Origin: Myxococcota bacterium
Lineage (GTDB): Bacteria; Myxococcota_A; UBA9160; PR03
NCBI GenBank assembly: GCA_041611735.1
Contig: JBFIML010000001.1
Location: 64,001 to 128,000 of the forward strand
Reading direction: 5' to 3'
DNA: 64,000 bases
The position numbers were made by a program, and so were the translations under genes. Positions 27,229-37,094 of this stretch are shown here, in pieces (the first letter of the stretch is position 1; the number at the start of each line of letters is the position of its first letter). The notes under the pieces are model-generated. The model was not told where the DNA came from. It saw only the letters and a list, made by a program, of their open reading frames with translations, and made no database searches.

Positions 27229-29706
27229 GTGAAGAAGCTCCCCCGAGCAGTCCTCCTGCTCCCGGTCCTCGTGGTGGCTTCGCTCTCGCTGGCCATGGGG
27301 CCCTGCTCCGGCCACCCGGGCGGGGGTCTCCCGTTCTTCCGCTTCGAGGCGCCGCTCCCGGGCCAGCTCTCCCAGGTGGGGCCCCTCGGCTTCGAGCTGC
27401 GGCTGCCCCCGCACCCCAAGCAGGCCAACCTCGTGATCGAGCTGGACGGGCAGCCCCTGGATCCCTCCAGCTTCGAGCGGGGCCGTCGCCAGGTCTCCGG
27501 CCCGCTTCCGCCCCTGGGTCCGGGCGCTCACGAGCTCCGCGCCTCCATCGAGCTGCGCCCGGTTCCCTTCCTGCCCGCGAGGGTCCTGCACGCCGCCGCG
27601 GCCTTCGAGCTGGTCCAGCTCGAGAACCCCGAGGAGTGCGAGATCCTGAGCCGGGCGGACTGCCTGCTTCCGTATCCCTCGTCGCGCTTCCAAGCGCCGG
27701 CGGAGACGCCCACCGGCTGGCGCCTGGCCTTCCCCGTGGCGGGGATGCCGCTGCAGTTCGGCCGTCCCATCTCCCCGGACATGCTGGGCCAGCTCGACGG
27801 CTTCAGCCCCCTCGTCCAGGTCCTGATGAACTTCCCGGGTGGTGTGGACCTGGAGCGCTCCGGGGCGGCGCAGCTGCTTTCGGACCGGCGCACCCACGAC
27901 GACCGCTCCCTGGACCGCAACAGCCCCACGGTGCTCGTGGACCTCGAGACCGGCGAGCGCGTGCTCCACTTCGTGGAGCTCGACGCGCGCCTGACGGACC
28001 CGGCCCGGCGCCTCTTCTTCCTGCGTCCCGCGCAGAGCCTGCGCCCGGGGCACCGCTACGCGGTGGCCGTGCGCAACCTGGTCGCTCCCGACGGGAGCCC
28101 CGTTCCGGCGGAGCCGGTCTTCGCGGCCCTGCGGGACGGGCGGCCTTCGGACATCCCGGCCGTCGAGGCGCGTCGCGAACACTTCGAGCACTTGTTCCGG
28201 GACCTGTGGCGCAAGGCCCGGGTGCCGCGCGGGGACCTGGTGCTGGCCTTCGACTTCGTGGTGCAGAGCGACGAGGGACTGACCCACCAGATGCTGGCCA
28301 TGCGCGAGCAGGCCTTCGACTGGCTCGCCCAGCAGGTGGCGCTCGGGAACACCGCCGACCTCTTCACGGTGAATCCGGACGCCACCCGGGAGAACGACTG
28401 CTCCGAGCCCGACACCCTCTTCTGGCGCACCGTGGAAGGCACCTACCGGGTGCCGCTCTTCCTGACCGCCGACCCGGTGGCGACGCCCCGGGCCGACAGC
28501 TTCCTCGCCGTGGACGCCGACGGGCATCCGGTCCCGAACGGCGAGACGAACCCGCCCTTCACCATCGCCGTCCCGTGCGCCGTCCTGCAGGGCGGCCCGC
28601 CGGCCAGCCCGCTGGTGATCGGTCACGGCCTGTTCGGCAGCGGCCGCAGCACCATTCGGGGCTTCCTGGACGACGAGGTGGCCGACGGGGTCCTGGATCT
28701 GGGCTTCGACCGCTTCGACTACATCCCCGGCGCCACGGACTGGCGGGGCCTCTCGACGCCCGACCGGGAAGGGCCGCCCGGACCCGACGGCCGGCCCGGT
28801 CCCCTCGTCCAGAGCTGGATCGTGACCCAGGTGCTGACCCAGCTCGGCAACTTCTCCCAGCTCCCGGACCGCCTGCGCCAGGGCCAGCTCAACACCCTGG
28901 TGCTGGCCCGCATGATGAAGCAGGGCCTCTTCAACGTGCATCCGGCCTTCCGGACGCCCGAGGACGCGGGCGTCTTCCCGGGCCCCCAGGAGCCGGCCTA
29001 CTACTTCGGCGCGAGCCTCGGCGGCGTCATGGGCCTCATGTTCGCGGCGCTCTCCCCGGACGTAGAGCGCCTGAACGTGGACGTGCCCGCCATGAACTTC
29101 GCGTTCCTGCTGCAGCGGGCCACGCCGTTCCTGCAGTTCCAGGACCTGCTGGTGCTCACGGGAATCGGTGACGCCACGGAGGTGGCCATCGGCGTCGGGC
29201 TGATCGGCGAGCTCTGGGTGCGCGGCGAGTCGGCGGGCTACGCCACCCACATCACGCGGGATCCACTGCCCGGAACCAACGCCAAGCGCATCCTCATGAC
29301 CGAGGCCTGGCTCGACCAGCAGGTGTCGAACCTCGGCACCGAGATCGCCGCGCGCACGCTCCGGCTCCCGAACCTGAAGCCCGGCTCCCTGGTCTCCGAC
29401 CTGGTGGACGTCCCCGACCGCGCGGGGCCGCTGCCCTCGGCGCTCGTGGTCTACGACACGGGCTCCTTCGACCTGGCGAACCCGGCCCACGAGCCCTTCG
29501 TGCCGCCGCTGGCCAACCTGCAGGCGATACCGAACCGCTGCGACCCGCACGGGCTGCGGGGCCTGATCCCCGCGTCCCTGTTGCAGCTGATCGCCTTCCT
29601 GCAGCCGGACGGGGAGATCGAGAACTTCTGCAACGGCGACTGCGACGCCGCAGAGCCGATCGAGCTGCCCTTCGGCGCGGACGCGCCCTGCAATCCGCTT
29701 CCCTAG
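27229..29706 (+). CDS. Large secreted alpha/beta-hydrolase (bacterial lipase N-terminal domain type)
   Basis: Signal peptide; CLLPYPS, LDGFSP, RY..AV, GHGLFG, nucleophile YFGASLGG, DPHG; SD AGGAG. Confidence 0.75.
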   Translation: MKKLPRAVLLLPVLVVASLSLAMGPCSGHPGGGLPFFRFEAPLPGQLSQVGPLGFELRLPPHPKQANLVIELDGQPLDPSSFERGRRQVSGPLPPLGPGAHELRASIELRPVPFLPARVLHAAAAFELVQLENPEECEILSRADCLLPYPSSRFQAPAETPTGWRLAFPVAGMPLQFGRPISPDMLGQLDGFSPLVQVLMNFPGGVDLERSGAAQLLSDRRTHDDRSLDRNSPTVLVDLETGERVLHFVELDARLTDPARRLFFLRPAQSLRPGHRYAVAVRNLVAPDGSPVPAEPVFAALRDGRPSDIPAVEARREHFEHLFRDLWRKARVPRGDLVLAFDFVVQSDEGLTHQMLAMREQAFDWLAQQVALGNTADLFTVNPDATRENDCSEPDTLFWRTVEGTYRVPLFLTADPVATPRADSFLAVDADGHPVPNGETNPPFTIAVPCAVLQGGPPASPLVIGHGLFGSGRSTIRGFLDDEVADGVLDLGFDRFDYIPGATDWRGLSTPDREGPPGPDGRPGPLVQSWIVTQVLTQLGNFSQLPDRLRQGQLNTLVLARMMKQGLFNVHPAFRTPEDAGVFPGPQEPAYYFGASLGGVMGLMFAALSPDVERLNVDVPAMNFAFLLQRATPFLQFQDLLVLTGIGDATEVAIGVGLIGELWVRGESAGYATHITRDPLPGTNAKRILMTEAWLDQQVSNLGTEIAARTLRLPNLKPGSLVSDLVDVPDRAGPLPSALVVYDTGSFDLANPAHEPFVPPLANLQAIPNRCDPHGLRGLIPASLLQLIAFLQPDGEIENFCNGDCDAAEPIELPFGADAPCNPLP

Positions 29707-29707
29707 A

Positions 29708-29741
29708 CAGGAGCCCGACCCGAGTTCGGGTCGGGCTCCTG
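29708..29741 (+). terminator. Perfect 16-bp-arm hairpin directly after the stop codon (no U-tract)
   Basis: CAGGAGCCCGACCCGA-GT-TCGGGTCGGGCTCCTG. Confidence 0.6.
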
Positions 29742-29833
29742 CGGGAGCCACCGCGCTCGCTTTCCCCGAGCCCCGTAATCCGCTAGAAACCGAATGGTAT
29801 CCCGGTACTTCGGGAGGATTCGGGGGACTCGGC

Positions 29834-31549
29834 ATGGACGTGGTCCGTCACGACCTGATCATCGTGGGCGGAGGCGCGGCTGGCCTGCGCGCGGCGATCG
29901 CGGCGGTGGAGGCCGACCCCGGCCTGAGCGTCGCGCTGGTGTCCAAGGTCTATCCGATGCGCAGCCACACCGTGTCCGCCGAGGGGGGGGCGGCCGCGGT
30001 GGCGCGCGCCGACGACACCCTGGACATGCACGCCTACGACACCATCAAGGGGTCCGACTTCCTCGCGGACCAGGACACCGTGGAGTACTTCGTCGAGGAG
30101 TGCCCCAAGGAGCTCACGCTGCTCGAGCACTGGGGTTGCCCGTGGAGCCGCAACGAGGACGGCAGCGTGGCCACCCGTGCCTTCGGCGGCATGACCACGA
30201 AGCGCACCTGGTTCGCTGCCGACAAGGTCGGCTTCCACATGCTGCACACGCTGTTCCAGCACTCCATGCGCTTCGACCGCATCGTCCGTTACGACGAGCA
30301 GTTCGTGTCGAAGCTCCTGGTGCACAACGGGCAGGTGGGCGGAGTAGCCGTCCTGGACGTCCGCACCGGCGAGGTGCGGGCGATCCTCGGGCGCGCCGTG
30401 ATTCTCACGACGGGCGGGGCAGGACGCATCTTTCCCTTCACCACCAACGGGACCATCAAGACCGGAGACGGCATGGCGCTGGCCTATCGGGTGGGCGTGC
30501 CCCTCAAGGACATGGAGTTCGTCCAGTACCACCCGACGGGCCTGCCGGGCACGGGGATCCTGATCACCGAGGCGACCCGCGGCGAGGGCGGCTACCTGAT
30601 CAACGCGGAGGGCGAGCGCTTCCTCACCACCCGCGACTACGGCGTCGGGCAGAAGGCGGAGCTCGGCCCACGCGACATGATCTCCCGCGCCATCATCCAG
30701 GAGATGCAGGCCGGACGCGGCATCAAGGGGCCCTACGGAGAATACGTGCACCTGGACCTCCGGCACCTGGGCGAGGAGAAGATCAACCAACGCCTGCCCT
30801 TCGTACGCGAGCTGGCACGCACCTACGCCGGCGTCGACCCGGTGCACGAGCCGATCCCGATCCGGCCGGTCGTTCACTACATGATGGGCGGTGTGGACAC
30901 GGACGTGGACGGCGCCACGGTGCTCCGCGGGCTCTACGCCGCGGGTGAGACCGCCTGCGTGACCATCAACGGAGCCAACCGGCTCGGCTCGAATTCGCTG
31001 ACCGAGTGTCTCGTCTTCGGGGCCCGAGCCGCGAGGCATGCGGCGCGTTTCGTCCGCGAGTGCAGCGCGCCGGACGAGCCCGCGCTGCGCCGGCAGATCG
31101 AGGACGAGGCCGGCCGCATCGCCAACCTGCGCGGCCGCAAGAAGGGCGGCGAGCGCATGACGCCCCTCCGCCGCGAGCTGAACGAAGCCATGGAGAGCGG
31201 CTGTGGCGTGTACCGGGAGGAAGGCGCCACGCGAGCGGCGCTCCAGACCATCGCCCAGCTCAAGGGGCGCCATGCGGACCTCCGGCTGGAGGACGACAGC
31301 AAGGTGTTCAACACCGAACTCGTCCAGGCCCTCGAGCTCGCAAACATGCTCGATGTGGCGGAGGCGGTGGCCATCTCGGCGCTGCACCGCAGGGAGTCGC
31401 GCGGTGCCCACAGCCGCCGCGACCATCCGAAGCGCAACGACGGCGACTTCCTGCACCACATCGTGGCGAGCTTCGACCCCGGCGGGCCGCGGCTCGGCCA
31501 GAAGGCCGTGACCCTCACCCGCTGGCAGCCGGAGGAACGCAAGTACTGA
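29834..31549 (+). CDS. frdA: Fumarate reductase flavoprotein subunit
   Basis: SKVYPMRSHTVSAEGG (covalent FAD His; Glu at the Frd/Sdh diagnostic position), QYHPTG, ELGPRD, HYMMGG, GANRLGSNSL. Confidence 0.93.
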   Translation: MDVVRHDLIIVGGGAAGLRAAIAAVEADPGLSVALVSKVYPMRSHTVSAEGGAAAVARADDTLDMHAYDTIKGSDFLADQDTVEYFVEECPKELTLLEHWGCPWSRNEDGSVATRAFGGMTTKRTWFAADKVGFHMLHTLFQHSMRFDRIVRYDEQFVSKLLVHNGQVGGVAVLDVRTGEVRAILGRAVILTTGGAGRIFPFTTNGTIKTGDGMALAYRVGVPLKDMEFVQYHPTGLPGTGILITEATRGEGGYLINAEGERFLTTRDYGVGQKAELGPRDMISRAIIQEMQAGRGIKGPYGEYVHLDLRHLGEEKINQRLPFVRELARTYAGVDPVHEPIPIRPVVHYMMGGVDTDVDGATVLRGLYAAGETACVTINGANRLGSNSLTECLVFGARAARHAARFVRECSAPDEPALRRQIEDEAGRIANLRGRKKGGERMTPLRRELNEAMESGCGVYREEGATRAALQTIAQLKGRHADLRLEDDSKVFNTELVQALELANMLDVAEAVAISALHRRESRGAHSRRDHPKRNDGDFLHHIVASFDPGGPRLGQKAVTLTRWQPEERKY

Positions 31550-32298
31550 TGGACGATCTGCAGAACAAGACCTTCGTGGTGACGCGCTTCGACCCGGATC
31601 GGGACGCGGCGCCCCGCACCCAGTCCTACGAGATCCCGTGCCGTTCCGACTGGAAGGTCCTCGACGCGCTCAACCACATCAAGGACGAGATCGACGCGAC
31701 GCTCTCCCATCGCTGGTCCTGCCGCATGGCCGTGTGCGGGAGCTGCGGCATGAACGTGAACGGGGAGCCGAAGCTCACCTGCAAGGCCGCGCTCGCCGGC
31801 TACGGGGACGTTGTCGAAGTGGCGCCGCTCGCCAACTTCCCGATCGTCCGCGACCTGGTCGTCGACATGGAAGGCTTCATGGAGAAGTTCCAGGCCGTGA
31901 AGCCCTGGATCATCGAGGCCAAGGCGCGCGCGGTGGAGGAAGGACCGCACCGCCAGTCGCCGGAGCAGCTCGAGGCGTTCCGTCAGTTCAGCATGTGCAT
32001 CAACTGCATGCTCTGCTATGCGGCTTGCCCGGTCGTGGCCCGCGAGCCGCACTTCCTGGGGCCGGCCGCCATCGCGCTCGGCCACCGCTACAACATGGAC
32101 AGCCGTGACGAGGGTGCTCGCGAGCGCAACGCGATCTTCCGGGGCGAGGGCACGGTCTTCTCCTGCTCCTACGCCAACGAGTGCACCGAGGTCTGCCCCA
32201 AGAACGTGGACCCGGCGGCCGCCGTGAACCAGGCCAAGCTGAATGCCGTGATCGACTGGGCCACCTCGCTGGTACTGCCGCGCCGGGGAGAGGAGTAG
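31549..32298 (+). CDS. frdB: Fumarate reductase iron-sulfur subunit
   Basis: WSCRMAVCGSCG...C, CINCMLCYAACP, CSYANECTEVCPKNVDP; TGATG overlap with frdA. Confidence 0.93.
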   Translation: MDDLQNKTFVVTRFDPDRDAAPRTQSYEIPCRSDWKVLDALNHIKDEIDATLSHRWSCRMAVCGSCGMNVNGEPKLTCKAALAGYGDVVEVAPLANFPIVRDLVVDMEGFMEKFQAVKPWIIEAKARAVEEGPHRQSPEQLEAFRQFSMCINCMLCYAACPVVAREPHFLGPAAIALGHRYNMDSRDEGARERNAIFRGEGTVFSCSYANECTEVCPKNVDPAAAVNQAKLNAVIDWATSLVLPRRGEE

Positions 32299-32300
32299 CC

Positions 32301-32738
32301 GTGGGCCTCTCCCACCCGGATGCCATGCGGCCCCCGCGACCGGCGCCCACGCGCGCCGCGCCGCCCACGCTGCCGGACGGCTTCTGGACCCGCCCGCGCA
32401 TGCGGCGCTACCTGCTCTTCGACGCCACCGGGATCGTGTACCTCCTGGTGGGGCTCGTCACGCTCCGCGTGGCCTGGGCGTTGGCGGCGGGGCCCGAGGC
32501 CTGGCAGGGGCTCCAGGCGAGCTTCCGCCATCCTCTCTATCTGGCCTTCCACGCGCTGACCCTCGCCTCGGTGCTGTTCGTGGGCGTGCGCTTCTTCGGG
32601 CTGTTCCCGAAGGCGCAGCCGGCTCGGCTCGGGCCGCTCAAGCCGCCGCCGGAGCCCGCGATCCAGGCCATGCTCTACGTCGCCTGGGGCGTGGTCACGG
32701 TCGCCCTGCTCGTGGTGCTGGGAGGGGTCTGGCCGTGA
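32301..32738 (+). CDS. frdC: Fumarate reductase membrane anchor subunit C
   Basis: 3 TM; W..RYLLFDATG resembles FrdC YMLREGT; FFGLFPKA; position in operon. Confidence 0.8.
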   Translation: MGLSHPDAMRPPRPAPTRAAPPTLPDGFWTRPRMRRYLLFDATGIVYLLVGLVTLRVAWALAAGPEAWQGLQASFRHPLYLAFHALTLASVLFVGVRFFGLFPKAQPARLGPLKPPPEPAIQAMLYVAWGVVTVALLVVLGGVWP

Positions 32739-33094
32739 AGCATCTGCTGCTGCGCCTCGAGCCGATCATCTGGCTGCTCTTCGGGGCTGGAATCCTGGTG
32801 GGGACCCTGCTCCTGCCGGGCTACCTGCTGACCGTCACCCTGGCCGGGCCGCTCGGGATCCTTCCCGCGGACGCGCTTTCCTACGACCGGGCCTACGCCA
32901 TCGCGGCAAGCCCCCTCGGGCGCCTCGTCCTGCTCGGTCTGATCGCGCTTCCGCTCTGGAAGGGGGCCCACCACCTGCGCTCCCTCTGGATCGACCTGGT
33001 GGGGGCCTCGAGCGAGGCCGCCGTGGCCACGCTGCTCTACCTGGTGGCCCTCGTGGGGAGCGTCCTGGGCCTCCTGGCGGTGGTCGGCCTCTGA
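32735..33094 (+). CDS. frdD: Fumarate reductase membrane anchor subunit D
   Basis: EPIIWLLFGAG, PLG..ALSY, LPLWKGAHHLR match the FrdD pattern. Confidence 0.85.
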   Translation: MKHLLLRLEPIIWLLFGAGILVGTLLLPGYLLTVTLAGPLGILPADALSYDRAYAIAASPLGRLVLLGLIALPLWKGAHHLRSLWIDLVGASSEAAVATLLYLVALVGSVLGLLAVVGL

Positions 33095-33154
33095 GCTGCG
33101 CTTGACGCCTCCCGGCCCGTGCTTAGGCATGGAGTCCAAGGAGGTCGACGAGCC

Positions 33155-33643
33155 ATGGCACTTCCCAGTGTGCTTCGCCGGGGACGCAACCGCGACGTCC
33201 CGGTGCGCCGGAGCGAGGATCCGTTCTGGTCGCTCCAGAACGAAGTGAACCGCCTGTTCGAGGACTTCTGGCACGGAAGCGGCTTCGGCTTGCCCTTCTT
33301 GGCCGAGCCCTCGCGCTTCCACCCGAGCATCGACGTCGCCGAGACCGAGAGCGAGGTCCGGGTGACCGCGGAGCTGCCGGGCCTCGAGGAGAAGGACTTC
33401 GAGCTGCACCTGGCCGGCGACCAGCTCATGATCCGCGGCGAGAAGCGCACGGAGCACGAGGAGAGCGGGCGCGGCTGGCACAGCGCGGAGCGCGCCTTCG
33501 GCAGCTTCCAGCGCGCGATCCAGCTGCCGTGCGAGGTGGACGCCGACAAGGCCTCCGCCGAGTACAAGAACGGCATCCTGACCGTGCGCCTGCCCAAGGT
33601 CGCCCAGGCCCAGGCACGCCGCATCGACGTGAAGTCGGGCTAG
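33155..33643 (+). CDS. Hsp20/alpha-crystallin small heat-shock protein
   Basis: PSIDVAET, AELPG, ERAFGSFQRAIQLP, AEYKNGILTVRLPK; SD AAGGAGG. Confidence 0.95.
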   Translation: MALPSVLRRGRNRDVPVRRSEDPFWSLQNEVNRLFEDFWHGSGFGLPFLAEPSRFHPSIDVAETESEVRVTAELPGLEEKDFELHLAGDQLMIRGEKRTEHEESGRGWHSAERAFGSFQRAIQLPCEVDADKASAEYKNGILTVRLPKVAQAQARRIDVKSG

Positions 33644-33663
33644 GGTCCATCTTCCGACGCATC

Positions 33664-33695
33664 GGGGCCGGCGCCGCGCTGGCGGCGCCGGCCCC
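33664..33695. terminator. 14-bp GC hairpin between convergent genes (possible bidirectional terminator)
   Basis: GGGGCCGGCGCCGC-GCTG-GCGGCGCCGGCCCC. Confidence 0.6.
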
Positions 33696-33726
33696 TCCTG
33701 TACGCAGCCCGGGTCCGCGCGGCCGG

Positions 33727-34170
33727 CTAGCGATGCCTGCGCCCGTCCCGCCGGCCGTGATGCCCGTGTCGCTCGGACCGCTGGCGGTCGTGCCGGAAGC
33801 CGTGCCGATCGTGCTTGCCGCGGTGCAGGCGATACCCGAAGCCGTGCCGGTCGTGCTTGCCCCGGTGCAGGCGATACCCGAAGCCGTGCCGGTCGTGCTT
33901 GCCGCGGTGCAGGCGGTAGCCGAAGCCGTGCCGGTCGTGCCTGCGGTGGTGCCGGCGTTGCCAGAAGCCATGCCGGTCGTGCTTGCCGTAGTGGTGCCGC
34001 CCGTGCCGCAAGCCGTGCCGGTCGTGGCGCGCGTGCGCCCGGTACGAGTCGCTGTCGTCGTCCGCGTACCGGTGGCCGGCCTGGGCGGCGGGCGCCGCCA
34101 GGAGCGCCAGACCGAACACTGCGCTGAGCAGCCCGGCGCCTGTCGTGAGTCGCTTCCTCGACATCGTCAT
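33727..34170 (-). CDS. Secreted His/Arg-rich tandem-repeat protein (147 aa)
   Basis: C-terminal part of ORF 33727..35247 from MTMSRKRL; Sec signal ending AQA, then six HDRHG motifs. Confidence 0.75.
   Translation of the reverse strand: MTMSRKRLTTGAGLLSAVFGLALLAAPAAQAGHRYADDDSDSYRAHARHDRHGLRHGRHHYGKHDRHGFWQRRHHRRHDRHGFGYRLHRGKHDRHGFGYRLHRGKHDRHGFGYRLHRGKHDRHGFRHDRQRSERHGHHGRRDGRRHR
33796..34026. repeat. 42-bp tandem repeat (about 5.5 units) inside the His-rich gene
   Basis: Unit GAAGCCGTGCCGGTCGTGCTTGCCGCGGTGCAGGCGATACCC at 33796, 33838, 33880; diverged units at 33922, 33964 and about 34010. Confidence 0.9.
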
Positions 34171-34250
34171 GGGTTGACCCCCGTATCGTGGTTCCGAGGG
34201 CTTGGACGGCGGCGTGCTGGTGCTATTCGCTGTACGCAAGGGCGCGATGG

Positions 34251-35396
34251 TCAGGGACCCGTCGAGAACAGGCGTTCCGCGAGTTTGCGCCGGTGATGGG
34301 TGGCGTCGCCCAACAGTGCACGGCTCCACAGTGCCCGCCTCATGTAGAGGTGCGCATCGCACTCCCAGGTGAAGCCGTAGCCGCCGTGGAGCTGTACGGC
34401 CCGTCGTACCGCATCGGAGAACACGTCGCCGGCGAGCGCCTTGGCCATGCGCACGACGGGCTCGGCCTGCGCAGGGGTCCGATCCAGGCCGGCGCCGGCC
34501 GCCAGCGCGAGGCTGCGCACCAGCTCGACCCCGATCAGGGTGTCCACGATCGGGTGCTTCACCGCCTGGAAGCTCCCGATCGGACGCCCGAACTGGACGC
34601 GCTGGATGGCGTAGTCGCGGGTCAGGAGCAGGGCTCCCTCGGCGCCCCCGACCATCTCGGCTGCGAGCGCCGCCGCGCCTCGTACCAGGACCTCGTTCAG
34701 CGCCGTCGCTCCCTCGCCGTCGAGTCGGGCGTCGGCGGGAACGCGCACGCCTTCCAGGGTGACCCGCCCGCTGCGGCGTGTGGCGTCGATGCCGGTCTCC
34801 GGATCGATCACGAGGCCCGGGCACGGTGGCTCCACCACGAAAAACGCGAGCTGGCCGTCCGGCTCGCGGCACGGCACGACGAGCAGGTTCGCACTGGGCG
34901 CCGCGAGCACCTGGATCTTTCGGCCGCGCAGTACGAAGCCGCCTTCGGCGGGCTCTGCGCTGGTGCAGAGGGCGTCGGCCTCGAAGGCACCGCCCGGCTC
35001 CAGGAGGGCGAGCGAGGCGATCGACTCGCCGGACGCAATGGACGGCAGCCACCGCTCGCACTGCCCGGCGCTCCCGGCGTGCTCGAACGCGAAGCCCGCC
35101 AGGAGACAGGCGAAGAATGGGGAGGGCAGCAGACTCCTCCCCATTTCGTCGAGGAGCAGGGCCAGGGGCAGGTGTCCCAGGCCGGCCCCGCCGTGGGCTT
35201 CCGGGAAGGCGAGCCCGACCCAGCCGAGTCGGCCGATCTCCCTCCACAGCGTCGGGTCGAACCCCGACGGCTCTTCCATCCAGCGCCGCACCTCTGCCGG
35301 CGGGCAGCGTTCCGCCAGGAAGCGCTGCGCCTCGCTGCGAAGCAACACGTGCTCCTCGGTCACGCCGAAGTCGAGGGGAACGTCGAGACCCGCCAT
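34251..35396 (-). CDS. Acyl-CoA dehydrogenase, short partner subunit of a heteromeric pair
   Basis: From MAGLDVPLDFG; RVQFGRPIGSFQAVKH, QLHGGYGFTWE; lacks the CQGFSEP motif. Confidence 0.88.
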   Translation of the reverse strand: MAGLDVPLDFGVTEEHVLLRSEAQRFLAERCPPAEVRRWMEEPSGFDPTLWREIGRLGWVGLAFPEAHGGAGLGHLPLALLLDEMGRSLLPSPFFACLLAGFAFEHAGSAGQCERWLPSIASGESIASLALLEPGGAFEADALCTSAEPAEGGFVLRGRKIQVLAAPSANLLVVPCREPDGQLAFFVVEPPCPGLVIDPETGIDATRRSGRVTLEGVRVPADARLDGEGATALNEVLVRGAAALAAEMVGGAEGALLLTRDYAIQRVQFGRPIGSFQAVKHPIVDTLIGVELVRSLALAAGAGLDRTPAQAEPVVRMAKALAGDVFSDAVRRAVQLHGGYGFTWECDAHLYMRRALWSRALLGDATHHRRKLAERLFSTGP

Positions 35397-35404
35397 GGCG
35401 CCGC

Positions 35405-36631
<1,227 letters not shown>

Positions 36632-36659
36632 GGGCGACGAGTATAGGCCGATGACGCTC

Positions 36660-37094
36660 TCACGCGCCGGGTGACTCCTCTCCCAGCTGGCGCAGGATCG
36701 TGGCGGAGTCGAAGTACACGCGCTCGCAGACCAGGTGGATCCCCTCGAACAGGAAGAAGGCGGTCATGCGGCAGCGGAACGCACGGCCGGTGGGCGACAT
36801 GCCCAGCAGGGCGCCTCGATGTGTGCCGAGCAGCCAGAACTCGACCACCACCGCGTCATCCGCGTGGCGCAGGGAGATCAGCTCGTTGCGCTGGTCCGGG
36901 AAGGCGGTGCGCGTCTCCCGGAAGTAGCGCTCCACCTCTTCGTGACCATCGTAGACCTGACCGGTGGCGATCAGCTCGTAGCGTGGACGTCGGAAGGTCC
37001 CGATGGCCTTGGAGAAGTCGTGGACGTTCTCCGCCTCCATGTGCTCGCGCACGATGCGTTCGCGGGCGGTCCTCGTCTCGGCGGCGGTGCTCAT
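36660..37094 (-). CDS. SnoaL-like ester cyclase (NTF2 fold)
   Basis: AFPDQ, GTHRG..G..PTGR, ERVYFDSATILRQLG. Confidence 0.88.
   Translation of the reverse strand: MSTAAETRTARERIVREHMEAENVHDFSKAIGTFRRPRYELIATGQVYDGHEEVERYFRETRTAFPDQRNELISLRHADDAVVVEFWLLGTHRGALLGMSPTGRAFRCRMTAFFLFEGIHLVCERVYFDSATILRQLGEESPGA

Noticed and set aside
33101-33130. Heat-shock promoter or CIRCE element before Hsp20
   Set aside because: CTTGAC is present but there is no convincing -10 or CIRCE inverted repeat.
33796-34026. 42-bp repeats as a CRISPR array
   Set aside because: Units are contiguous with no unique spacers, are a multiple of 3, lie inside a CDS, and there are no cas genes.
33529-34296. Plus-strand ORF with VPEAVPVVLA repeats
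   Set aside because: Antisense shadow of the His-rich gene; it overlaps Hsp20, and the minus frame has the signal peptide and the conserved repeat translation.
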